A stretch of 64,000 nucleotides of DNA from Daphnia carinata. Taxonomy: Eukaryota. This document shows, one piece after another, positions 1 to 11,825 of this stretch (position 1 is its first letter; each line of letters begins with the position of its first letter). The position numbers and the translations under genes are program-made. The notes below the pieces were generated by a model. It was not told the DNA's origin. It worked only from the letters and a program-made list of their open reading frames with translations, and searched no databases. The stretch is taken from positions 310,001-374,000 of the forward strand of contig NC_081333.1 in assembly GCF_022539665.2 (NCBI RefSeq), written 5' to 3'.

Positions 1-9
1 TTATTGCAG

Positions 10-1495
10 ATGGGTAAGGGTTCCTTCAAGTACGCCTGGGTGTTGGACAAACTCAAGGCTGAGCGCGAGCGTGGTATCACCATCGATATCGCCCTGTGGA
101 AGTTCGAGACCGCCAAGTTCTACGTCACCATCATTGATGCCCCCGGACATCGTGATTTCATCAAGAACATGATTACCGGAACTTCCCAGGTAAATTTGAA
201 GTTTCATTTTCTCAAGTTTTGGTCTAACTTTCCTTGTATCTTAGGCTGATTGCGCTGTTCTGATCGTTGCTGGTGGTGTCGGTGAGTTCGAAGCCGGTAT
301 CTCCAAGAACGGACAGACCCGCGAGCACGCCCTCTTGGCTTACACCTTGGGTGTCAAGCAGCTGATCGTCGGTGTCAACAAGATGGACTCGACTGAGCCT
401 CCTTACAGCGAGAACCGCTACGAGGAAATCAAGAAGGAAGTCAGCAGCTACATCAAGAAGATCGGTTACAACCCAGTTGCTGTTCCCTTCGTCCCCATTT
501 CTGGATGGCACGGAGACAACATGCTTGAGGCTTCCGCCAACCTCCCATGGTACAAGGGATGGAACATCGAGCGCAAAGAAGGCAAAGCTGAAGGTACGGA
601 ACGAAAATTAATATTGTCCAGTCAGTCTTGTTAATTAAAATCCCTTTGCGTTTATAGGCAAGACCCTGCTTGAAGCTTTGGATGCTATCCTGCCTCCTTC
701 CCGCCCTACCGACAAGGCTCTCCGTCTGCCCCTTCAGGACGTCTACAAGATCGGTGGTATCGGCACAGTGCCCGTTGGCCGAGTTGAAACCGGTGTCATC
801 AAGCCCGGCATGGTCGTTACCTTCGCCCCCTGCCAGTTGACCACTGAAGTCAAGTCCGTCGAGATGCACCACGAAGCCCTCGAGGAGGCCGTCCCTGGTA
901 ATTATTTATTGCGTGATTCATATTGGCAGTTAAATAATGTTGAATCTGTAATCAGGTGACAACGTCGGCTTCAACGTCAAGAACGTCTCCGTCAAGGAGT
1001 TGCGCCGTGGATACGTCGCCGGTGACTCCAAGAACAACCCACCCAAGGGTGCTGCTGACTTCTTCGCTCAGGTCATCGTGTTGAACCACCCTGGCCAGAT
1101 CGGCAACGGTTACACCCCCGTGTTGGATTGCCACACCGCCCACATTGCATGCAAGTTCGCCGAAATCAAGGAGAAATGCGATCGTCGTACCGGCAAGACC
1201 ACTGAAGAGAACCCCAAATTCATCAAGTCTGGTGATGCCGCCATGATCACCTTGGTCCCCACCAAGCCTCTTTGCGTCGAGTCTTTCTCTGACTTCCCTC
1301 CTTTGGGTCGCTTCGCCGTACGTGACATGCGTCAAACCGTCGCCGTCGGTGTCATCAAGTCCGTCAACTTCAAGGTAAATATTCGAAATCGCTTTGACTC
1401 GTTTCCAGTGTTGCTAATTAACATTTCCTCGACAGGATTTGGGCGCTGCAGGCAAGGTCACCAAGGCTGCCGAGAAGGCCGGTAAGAAGAAGTGA
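10..1495 (+). CDS. EF1A: Elongation factor 1-alpha (5' end lies upstream of the window); exons 10-189, 245-593, 658-897, 956-1374, 1436-1495
   Basis: Contains [38 protein letters not shown] and [25 protein letters not shown] introns join in frame to a C-terminus [13 protein letters not shown] (TGA 1493-1495). A splice acceptor precedes base 10. Confidence 0.99.
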
Positions 1496-2074
1496 ATGGA
1501 GGTTTTCCCATCCAACCGACAGATGTGTCATGTACCGGGTCCGAAGCAACTACAGTTCGAAATTCTTCATTTAGTTTCCGTCAAAAAATTTTCTAATCGG
1601 CATCGAAAAGAGTTCAGGAGGAAAGCAAGCGTTTGGTTGGATAAATTTGTTTTCAACCTTGTTATGTAGAACTAGACTATCTGTCTACAGAATGTCTTTG
1701 CTTGTATCCCGTTGAATTTATTTGTGTCGTATTTTTCTTCCTTAAACACGAAATTTTAGCGCGTCTTACTATTGGAGGGGTTATCCTGGAGAAGAATTAT
1801 GATATCTTGGTTTTGATCAATTGAAAAAAAGCGCCCTCGTGTACTTTCTAAGTGCATTTTACTTTTATTAGTCATCTTGTACATTTTTGAGATGGCTTTA
1901 TTGGTAAATTGTAAACTTTCCACTTGGTTTATTCGAATCGTTTTTACTTACTCCTGTATGTGTAAGGGCTTTGGTATATACACCTCAATCATGCTCCAAT
2001 ACATGAAAATTTGGACTGACATTTTGTTCATATATTATCGTCTATCGATTAAACCAGACAAGACATTAGAAACA

Positions 2075-2799
2075 TTAAAATCCGTCACTATTAGTTATGT
2101 AATCATATTCTGCATCTTTAATTCCAAGTCTGGCAAATAACCAAATGAGAAATGCCCATTTAGCTGTCATGAAAACCCTAAAACAATTACAAAATTTACT
2201 AAATTGATCACTATCATTAGTAATGCAACTTACCATACTGAGGTAACAATTGCACTGTTATCAACTGGAACCATGGCTATGTAAAAATGGTTAGATTGTT
2301 AAATTAAAATTAAATAATGATGGTTAGATAGTAGCATTTCTATATATTATATTACTTACGAATTTTGTAGTATGCAGCATAAAAAAGGTACCAAACAAAG
2401 GCAGCCACACAGATATCAGTCACCAAAAATGCCAGCAACTAGAAAACGTAAAAGAATTTTGAGACAGAACAACAAGTTTACGTGTCACTGGTAATTACCT
2501 GAATGCTTCTTAAATGTAAAATAGAGTACCAACTCTTTATCGTTTTCCTGTGCATCAAAATTGCTAAATGTAAGGCAGCAGCAGCAAATACACCTAGAAA
2601 ACGATCCTGGTACAAAAATGGCACAAAGTGTAATTTACGTTTATAAAATACCTGACGCCAGAGCCCAACCAGCTGCTTGTGCATTATGATAACTGTGATA
2701 AAAAACAAAGGCAGTTGAAATGCCAATAAATATTCCAAGTGAAGACTGAACAATTCGCCAAATAGAGCAACAACGATCTCTATTTTCACAGCAACCCAT
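2075..2799 (-). CDS. HRG1: Heme transporter HRG1 (SLC48A1 family), 5 short exons
   Basis: Spliced product reads MGCCENRDRCCSIWRIVQSSLGIFIGISTAFVF...GWALASG/VFAAAALHLAILMHRK.../LLAFLVTDICVAAFVWYLFY.../...VTSVW/VFMTAKWAFLIWLFAR...GF*. It has four TM segments and a W-x-F-M-T-x-K-W motif matching my recall of HRG-1. Confidence 0.8.
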
Positions 2800-4257
2800 G
2801 TTTTTTTGTTGCCAGCTAACTTCTCTACACAGTAACAGAATGAAAACTTTTGTCAAGAAATTTTTAGGGAAGGTCAAACCAAAATACTTGGTTGTCACTG
2901 CATCGCTCAACTAAAAATATTTTATTCGCTGCTAAGCACGTGTCCTTCGGTTGTTTACGAACAGGGGAGTTTTTCTTTTTATCGACTCTGTTGTCAGCCT
3001 CGTTGTTTACGTTTTGTGCATGTGGGGAATGGTGTTTGATATTCGAGTCTCGACGTGGAGTGCATTTCCCTAAACAGCCACATTGTCTACTTTTACTGAT
3101 ACTTTTTCAGAGGCGAAAATGATAAATATGCTAAAAAGCGGCACTTTTACAGAATTACAGACATATAAATATTTCCATTAAAAGAATAAATCATATTGAT
3201 CCTTCGGCAACAACGAATATTAACATTCTTGTTGAAAGATAAGGATATTGGTTGATCTGGCAAACAAAAACGCCCCTTCGTGTTACAACATCTCTCCATG
3301 TTACGAATTCCATGAATTTCATGACTCGCCACAAATCTTACACTTGTGTCGGAATTTTAAAATATTACGTATAGTTTAAGCCATATATGTTGAAATCCGC
3401 AAAATAAATAGTTAAATTATCGCTGAGTTTATTCTACCTGTGTCTGTCGTTCACTCACCTTTCGGCCGAAATAATCCTAGTTGTTCATGTTGAGATAGGC
3501 AGGAATGAAGGAGGGATTTCCCTTACAGAAAAAAAGGTGGAGTAGCTAGTGTAACTTGAATCGCAACTGTTGAGTTGACCACCGTAGTGTGTGCGTAATA
3601 GTCGTCACAGGATCCGCCGTTTACCGGGTGTCCCCACCCCCGGCTCTCGGCAGTAACCTGACCCAGATGAATCTGTAACCTACCGGAATAGATCTATTGG
3701 ATCTCTTCTTACGGACGTCCTCCCGGCGCTCCAACGTATCTGACTGTCCTCACATAGTCACGTGATTTATACCATTATATGCATGCGTGATACTCCGTAA
3801 TGGGGTACACATTCACGAATATCATGGTGATGGATGGGGGACCATCCTCACGGAAATGCTCATCAACATGTGCCGTATCTAACTTCCGTACTAGGCCACC
3901 TGGACGGTTCTAGACCTTGCCAGCTCCATGACTCTTACCACGGCACACATGCAGCACTGTGGGCTCAACTGCTGGTTCAGGCCGGCTGTATGACTGAATG
4001 TCTAATGAAGGGTACTTAGCGAACAGATCTGCCATCCAGCCACCTTTCATCATACACTCAGCCGCCTATAGTACTAAGCAAGGTTCCTTAGTCACTAGCT
4101 CACTCCATGGGTAGAAGGTTTTTTCAACCTTTATATACAGTGAATTCTGAGATCAAAACACTGTTTACAAAATTGCCACCAGGTAGGTAAGTTAATGACT
4201 ATAATTGTATAATTATTTCGACAAATATGAAAACGAAACAGTGAACATTATTTTTCA

Positions 4258-4752
4258 ATTTTGTTTTTCATTATCTGTCAAGAAATAAAGATGATTTGTC
4301 AAAATGTTTAAATATAAAACGAGTTTTATTATGGACATGCGAGATGATTGTACGTGGCATGCGTAGCTTAGCGACAGATTTCGACACTATTATTCAAGGT
4401 CATCTCCATCGTCATGTTCGTCTGCAGAATGACATAGATTTCAGTGTTTTAGCTCAAATGAGTGCACTGTATTCAGGACTAGATTCTGTATGTGATTCCC
4501 GACAACTCATTTGCGTAGACATCTCCCTGAAAACAAGTTCGAATTCGGTGAGACGTAAATGAGGTCGACTCTACCTTTTCAATATTGAGTTTCTTTCGTT
4601 TAATTTCAAAGGGGCCCGTGATGTCGCAGCTCTCCACCTATTTATTGACACAGGATAAACCCGTTAATTCCACTGAAAATGTCTTAATCGAGTGCCATAT
4701 TTGATGATCATGCTGATCATTTCCTCATCGAGGAAAACCCGGCTCACATAAC
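4258..4752 (+). repeat. Dispersed repeat A, second copy at ~13770-14268
   Basis: Near-identical text runs from 'ctgtcaagaaataaagatg' to 'catcgaggaaaac...ctcacataac' at both sites. The track ORFs 4296 and 13808 are homologous. Confidence 0.9.
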
Positions 4753-5199
4753 GATCTAAAAATTCCTCGGGCTGGCACGTGTATCGCGATGGCCATTCCC
4801 TCACATGAATAAGCCCAGGTACACCAACACCTCAAAATGTTTTTCTTTTTTTCTTACTAGCCAAGTGTGTATATCATTTTGGTTTTTCTCCCCCCCTCCC
4901 TTTCTGTTTCTTTCTAGTGCATACTTTGCTCAATAGGCAGCACAACACCCCACAAAAGGTGTTAGGTTTTTCCCATAGCTTCGGTCGTTTTCCTTATTCT
5001 TCACACACACAGGTCATTAAGTTCTTCTTACCTATATGCCGGATCGTCATTCGCTGTTGCTTTGTTCCCATCGCTGCTGTACAGTCAGTTTGACTATAAT
5101 TACGGCACCATCCAAACCGAGTTAGATACATCCGCACACCAACCGTCCAGGCGATCACATCATCCGCCGGAAGAGAAGCTCTCCATAGTCCTAGGCAAA

Positions 5200-6490
5200 A
5201 TGTTTCGCTCCTTGTTTACGGTAAGTCATTTTCATAGATTTTTTCTTTGTTTTCGAATTTCATTTCTGACTTCAAATGTCTCACGTTTATTGTGGAAATC
5301 TTGAAAGGTTTGAGTTTCATTCCAACATGTTGTATCGGTAGCTATTGATGTTGGCGTTGGCCGTTGCCATGCCGTACCCTGAAGATGAGGGTCCCATCGT
5401 TGTCTCACCGGAGGTGCTGGATACTGTGGCATCTCTAGACGAGCTGGCCGAAGATGAAAAGGTTGACGAGCGTTATCGTCCTAATTACGGTAATGAGAGA
5501 ATTCAATTCATTTTGAAATAATGAATTTTATTTTAAAACACACCATTGTTTTGGCGGATAGGTCAATTACAGAGACGTACAGTTTACCAACAACAGAGCA
5601 GCAGCCATCAACAGCAAAGTAGCAGTCTTACCACTCACCAACAGCTTGGCTATCAAAACACTGGGTATCATGCCAACAACGCTGCTGGTGGTAATGAGTT
5701 TTTCTTTAATCATTCATTATTTAATTCTTGGGAATGATGGAAGAATTTATAATTTAAATTTATAAAAAAAAATGATTTGGTATTTCTATCAGGATATGGC
5801 GGAAGTGGGTACCATACTCCGGGAGTCAATGCCGGATACGGCCAAAACATCAACTACGGTCAGAGCGGTTACGGCAACACTGGCTCCATCAACACAGGCT
5901 ACGGCAACACTGGCTCCATCAACACAGGCTACGGCAACACTGGCTTCGGCAACACCGGCTACGGTATTGGATCCGGAATAAACACGGGATAAGGATCGAA
6001 CGCAGGTTATGGAACCAATACGGGCTATGGAACGAACACTTGATACGGAAGCAACACTGGATACGGACTAAGGCTGGATATGGAACAAATACTGGGTACG
6101 GCACAAACAATGGAATCAATGCTGGATATGGAGGCCATAGCGGCTACGGCACGAACGCCGGCTATGGAAACACTGGCTACAATACGGGACTGTTCGGGAA
6201 CAATGTTGGCGGCGGACAACAAGTCGCGTATGGGCACTCAGGATAAAACAGCCTTAGCGTTGGTATGTAAAACACAACATTGCAACACGTCCTCCATGCG
6301 ATTCCTTTTTTCACGTACAAAAATTAACCAAATGAAAACATGTTTTTTTCACTGATGTGACTTTGTTATTAACGATTTCTTTTATTTGCTCATTTCGAAA
6401 ATTGGCTACAGAAAGCGGTTACGGCAGCAATTACCTAGGATGGCGTGAAGGACAAAAGTCCAACGGCACTGCGGTCGTTGATGCGGCTGC
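5200..6490 (+). pseudogene. Secreted Gly/Tyr/Asn/Thr-rich low-complexity repeat protein, disrupted
   Basis: Signal peptide MFRSLFT/LLMLALAVA-MP is followed by NTGYG repeats. There are in-frame stops where the repeat predicts Tyr or Gly (TAA 5990-5992, TGA 6041-6043, TAA 6244-6246) and a frameshift near 6069. Confidence 0.7.
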
Positions 6491-6566
6491 CGTGGGGTCA
6501 GTATCTGATAACGTGTATTAAAAAGCATTTTAGTCAACTAACTTTGTCGTTAAACGTTTGACGTAG

Positions 6567-7204
6567 GTCAATGGAAATGAAACAACAAAAAACACTGTCA
6601 AAAGAGGTCCCGTCCGTAGTTTCTTGTATGGATACCGAGGAGTTCTTCTCCTACGAAATTCCGTAGACACAATGTTCACTTATGCTCATTTCTTAGCTAC
6701 GTCAGGAAATAAAACTGGCGTAGTGTCAGAAAAGTATTTCTCTGGCCCTAATTGGGAAGCTTACGTTGATTACATAGCCAATACGTGGGCAGATCACGTG
6801 TTCGGGTGGATCGAGACCATCCAGAATGGCACTGTCCTCTTCTACGAGCGTCTACTTCTCGAAGACACTGCGGCCGAATTGAAACGTTTGTTGGAAGCCA
6901 TTCATTTAAGTGATTCTCATCGTCCATCTGTCGATCCGAAGAGGTTGCGTTGCGCTCTGCGATACAAGAATCGCAAACGTTTGAAGAAACCCGTGAAAGT
7001 TCCAGTAAGAGTTTCGTGATAATCGTGTCACAAGCTACTACTAAATGTGCAACCAATTTTGAAAATAGTCTTGTTGTCGGCAGGGTACCACTGACAGCAG
7101 ATCAACGGAAGAAGTTCGAGTCCTCTATCGAACGCGTTCAGACGAGTCTGCGGGAGAAAGGCTGGCCGTTGCTTCCCGTCTATTTGTACAGGGAGGATTT
7201 GTAA
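6567..7204 (+). pseudogene. C-terminal half of a WSCD-family sulfotransferase
   Basis: GVLLLRNSVD resembles the 3'-phosphate-binding strand (normally LLxRNP), followed by W..HV.GWI, TVLFYERL, LRCAL and GWPLLP.YLY. No N-terminal 5'-PSB loop is present. Confidence 0.65.
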
Positions 7205-7621
7205 GAATGGGTACACTTATTGCTGTTTCAGCTCTCATTTTATTGTGTTCAAACATTTTAAATCGATACTAGCCACGTCATAAAAGCAAAAACTCAGTTA
7301 TCCTGTGACATTTTTCGTTGGTCTTCATTCATATAAACGTAATTTTTATTTGAAAAAAATAAATAAATAAAAGCATACAGCTAATATCCGTTTTTGTACG
7401 GAATAATTCAAAATGCCCCACCTTTCCTTTGCTGGAAACAGCTGTCATTGTCCCCCAGTGTATACAGACTTAATATGTTCAATACGTTTGCCGTACGTTG
7501 TCTTGTAGATATACAGTGGAAGCTGAGTTTGCAGTGCGTGTGGCATCCAATCGCGCAAGTCTATAGATATTCCATGCTTGTAAACTGGATTGAAACCCAC
7601 CAAAAATAACCAGCGTTGAAC

Positions 7622-8370
7622 GCTGATTCAGAATATAGCATTAGTTTTTCGATTAGTGGTGCGGTTGCTGAATAAAACGCAATTGAAGGGTTTTTTGTTC
7701 GTTTACCGTCGCCGGCGCCATTAGCGGGAATATGATAAAAATAAGCTTTGATGCTGGAAATGTCAATCAAACTAGGATAATAAAACAACTATAAGACGCA
7801 CATAAAAACAATATTGATTTTCATAATCCTCATTCAATTCTCAATCAAAATCATGTATTGAAAAGGATTTCTAAATTTTAGCCAAAATCGAAAAAAGTAG
7901 GAAGGCTATAGGCCTATAGCCTTCCCACCACCATCGGCAAAAAACGAAATCCCTTCGAATTCGATAAAAATCACACGGCATATCCAAAATTGAACGCTGA
8001 GCTCGATTACGTAAGTGTTTTTCTCCTTAAACCAGCCATTATTAGTTTTTTATACGAAAATCTATAGAAATTTTAAGCCCGACATTTTTAGCCCGAGAAA
8101 ATAAGCCCGACTTTTTGGTTTTTTCGATTTAATTAAAAAACTATAAAGCCAATTAAAAATAAACTTCATTTTCATAATAACCATTCAATTTTCCATCGAA
8201 ATCATATTTTAAAAGCGAAATTTGAAATTTGGCCAAAAATGAAAAAGTGGTAAGGCTATAGCCTTCTTACTTTTTCACTTTATATATTTAACCAATTTCG
8301 ATGAATGTCAGTTTTTGCACAACAAAATTTTAAGCCCGACTAAAGAAGCCCGACTAAATAAGCCCGACTT
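7622..8370. mobile_element. Non-coding repeat family, probable non-autonomous DNA transposon or rolling-circle element remnant
   Basis: 7622-7830 recurs at 13560-13770. Two diverged internal units lie at ~7740-7925 and ~8098-8270, with several AAGCCCGAC motifs and a perfect 24-bp palindrome at 7901-7924. A related copy is inverted at ~59540-59710. Confidence 0.5.
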
Positions 8371-10139
8371 TTCTTATTTTTTCGTTTTTTACTGTTCCCT
8401 TTATTGTTGCTACAGAACAATAGTAATGTGCACATAGCAACATGACAGCCTCATTTTCGAAAGTTGAAAATTTCTAATATTACGTGGAATTGTCTGATAA
8501 TCTTCTGAAAAATGTTAAAGTTATTCCCCGTTCATGCGCAAGTCGTCCGGATTCGTGACCGCCAACGTCATCCAGCTTTTCCTTCCCATCCACAATTGTC
8601 ACTACTCACGGTTTGCTGTACCGCCTTCACGGGATCCTTGCATCGTTCACTGTGCTGCACAAAGTTTTTAACCATTCGGCTGCCGGAAACTTCGTAAACA
8701 CCGTGATTGGTTGACGAAGAACAATTGCTGAAACTGTTAGTTTCACATTTTTACTATATGAACGCCCAAATTCACAGCCAAGTAATCCAAAATATAATTC
8801 GCAGAGCAACCGAACGTCTAAGAAAGCCCGTGTAATAATATTAACGTGTATGGATATGGGTTGGCTACATAATAAGGCAATGTTGTGTAAATATGAACAA
8901 AAACAAATGGGAGGTGAGTAAATATCTCGATGATTAGATGGCCAACTGCGGTTCCATCAAATGAGGTGGTTGCAGAAAATGGTGTTGGATCATACAGCTG
9001 CCTGGTACGCAAGTCTGCTGTAGAAGAGTTCATGGAGGAACAGGTATAGTTCCAGCGCAATAGCTTTATGTGTAACAGCTTACTTTAATGATTACTTACT
9101 CTATTAACTGTAATATATAAAAGGTATTTCGTCGGGTCCATACTGGTACTCTTGATCGGGGCGCGTGGGTCTTTTGGCCAAACCCTGGTTGTTTCCATAC
9201 GGTATGTTCACGGGTCGACTTCCATAATCGTACGGACGTCCTAATTGTTAAAAATCATTACCGCATTAATGACGCAGCTTTAACCAATTTACCTTGAACT
9301 TGTCAAAGATAAGTTACGTAAGATTATTATGTTTGAATACTGATTTTATGAACGCGCTTGTAAAACGTAGCGTCGACGATGTGGCCCCGTTCAATGTCCA
9401 AAACGACGAACGCCTGAAATGCCACCAACAAAACCATCGCTCGCCACTAGTATTTTAGATGAAAGAAGAACACAATTACCTGAAAACGTAAAAAAAGCAA
9501 ACACTGCAAGAATCAAGCATCGCATTGGTCAATGAGCATTTGAATTTTCTAACCTTAAACTCTGACATATTACAAACCATTATCGGAGCACTCCCAAGAT
9601 TGATATGCCAGGCCACGAGGGTGAAGGCTTACTGCTGACCCGGAAATCCATAGGCTGATTTTTATAAGGAACTTCTACATGCGTAGGAAGTCGAAAGCAG
9701 TAGAGATTTAAACAAGGAAAAATCGTAATCAAGGAAACCATTGAAATATTGGCATCATGCAAGAAATTGCAACAAAAAATTTTTCAGAAGATTCAAATCA
9801 TTCAAATGGCGCAAACTGCCAATTAAAACTGTGTGCGGTTGGGACACCTGTATGATTTCATATCACCGGATACGATGTCGTAGCGTACCCTGTTGCTTAA
9901 ACATTTACGTGCGTTTGTGCAGCAAGAATCCTTTTGCCAGTTTTACTAGCCACCATTGCTGCCACGAATTCACGAGCTGAACGCTGATCCTCAATTGTTC
10001 CTCGTTCCATGTGATTACACTGAAGCAACAATGACAAAGACTATACATTTCTGTATTGGGAAGATGTAAATAAATCATATTCAGTACGATAGTTTAAGGT
10101 AGTGAACGGGAAGAGTTATGGATCGAATACGGCTGTGTA

Positions 10140-10722
10140 GAGAAGGAAGAGCTGGAAACTAAAAAAGCTGAAGAACTAGAGAAGATGACTCAAGGCCAGC
10201 GAATCAAATGGAATGAAGATATGGCTGAACAATTGCGCCAACTTGAAATTAAAAAGAAAGCCCAGAAAGAAGAAGAACTTAACGAACGTTTATGGGTAAA
10301 CATACTCGCGATTCCCTAATACCTAGCAAAATGGGCTGGATACCATTCGAATTTTTCTGATAGATGCTGGGGCAAGCCGCACTGGAGGAAAAGGCCGAAC
10401 GAGAGGTCGCTGAACGAAGGCACAAGGATTTAACGCAATTGCAGAAAGAGCAGGCGGCCTTACTGGAAGAGCGACGTCAGCTGAAGAAATTGGAATTCGC
10501 TGAGAAGAAGGAAGAACGACGCATGGAAGAATTGCGTCAACAGGCCGAGGACGAAGCAATCGCAGAGGAAAGAAGAAGAATGAGCAGCACGCTTCGCTTT
10601 TGATTGGTTTCTTGCCACCTGGTCTGTTCCGGAACATGGCAGAGATGAGTTCGCTACCCGAAAACATTCAGGCCCAGTTCCGTCGGCACGTTCCGATTCA
10701 AGACGATCCAGATTTATGGTGA
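10140..10722 (+). pseudogene. MNS1: MNS1-like (TPH coiled-coil) 3' fragment with a frameshift
   Basis: E/K/R-rich coiled coil with an intron at ~10296-10363. It ends AIAEERRRM / EQHASLLIGFLPPGLFRN, matching the MNS1 C-terminal EER..L.EHA..L.G.LP.G.F motif, but the frame is broken at ~10581. No upstream exons are evident. Confidence 0.65.
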
Positions 10723-11825
10723 AATGGCAACTATTCTGCTTTACCTTCCAGAAAATACCAATGTCTATGTGATTAGTTTCTCGGTTTTCACTGTTCCACT
10801 CACCATTTGCCTCAGTTAAAAGCTTTTATTAGTATATTTTGAATTTATTCACTTATATTCGCATAGCTGTAGTCTTTGTATGTCGTCTTTGTGCTGGTTC
10901 GTTGGTCCTGATGTGTTTCCATAGTCCAATAATCCTACAGCACTTTTAATGGTGTGGCAAAGTTAATTTTGTTATTTGCCAGACAAACATCGTACAATGC
11001 TTGTCTGTTTGTATTCAGTTGTTTTGTGTTTGGTATGTCGAATATTTTACAACAAACCGTCCAATGCTTTCACATATGTGAAGGATTTGAATTGATACGA
11101 TATTTGTATGCTGTACAGTACAATACACTAAAACATCAGTCAATCATTGTAATTAATTTTGGTAATTTTCTAAATTAGCTTTAGAGCAGTCACTCATAAA
11201 GGAAAAAGGCTACTAGTATAAAAACTTATTATTAGAAAAAAATTATTATTAGAACATACCTTGCGCGTTCAACCATATATTAAAAGATTCACAACTGTTA
11301 TAAAAGCCAATTTAATTTTATTAACTATTTAGTTTAACCTTTGTGGTAAAAAAAATACTTAGTACTTAATAAAAATGTAAGCAGAGGTAGCAGACGGTAG
11401 GTACAGTACAAACCTCAGCAGACGATATTTAACAAAACAAGAAATTTTAAAAAGAGGGTACCGTTGCCAGATCGCAAGAAATGGGACGCGCATGCGCAAA
11501 GTTGCAATTGAAAGGATATCTCAGGTTTCGCATGTTACCCCAAGCCCAGCCCTTTTAGGGATATGTTAAATGATATATTCTGTTTTTGCTTTTCAGAAAA
11601 GTTGGCTGAAAATGATTGAACAACATGCGTAAAAATTGGAACATTAATAATCCCTATTAATCTTGCAGCAAACAATGATATGAAAATAGACGTATGTCGA
11701 AAACCCACGATTGGACTTATGATTAGACAAGATATTCGCCCTTTTTCCATAAAAGCAGAAATAATAATAAAAAATCATAATGTTTCTTATTTTCTTCTTG
11801 ACGAGCTTTCATAAGAAAATCCAAG

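Noticed and set aside
1..1335. Long minus-strand ORFs over EF1-alpha
   Set aside because: Antisense shadows of a strongly codon-biased gene.
3480..4140. GC-richer stretch and ORF 3834-4019 as a retroelement or gene
   Set aside because: No recognisable motif, terminal repeat or splice pattern.
5860..6190. Short tandem repeats as a CRISPR-like array
   Set aside because: They are codon repeats of NTGYG with no unique spacers, in a eukaryotic gene.
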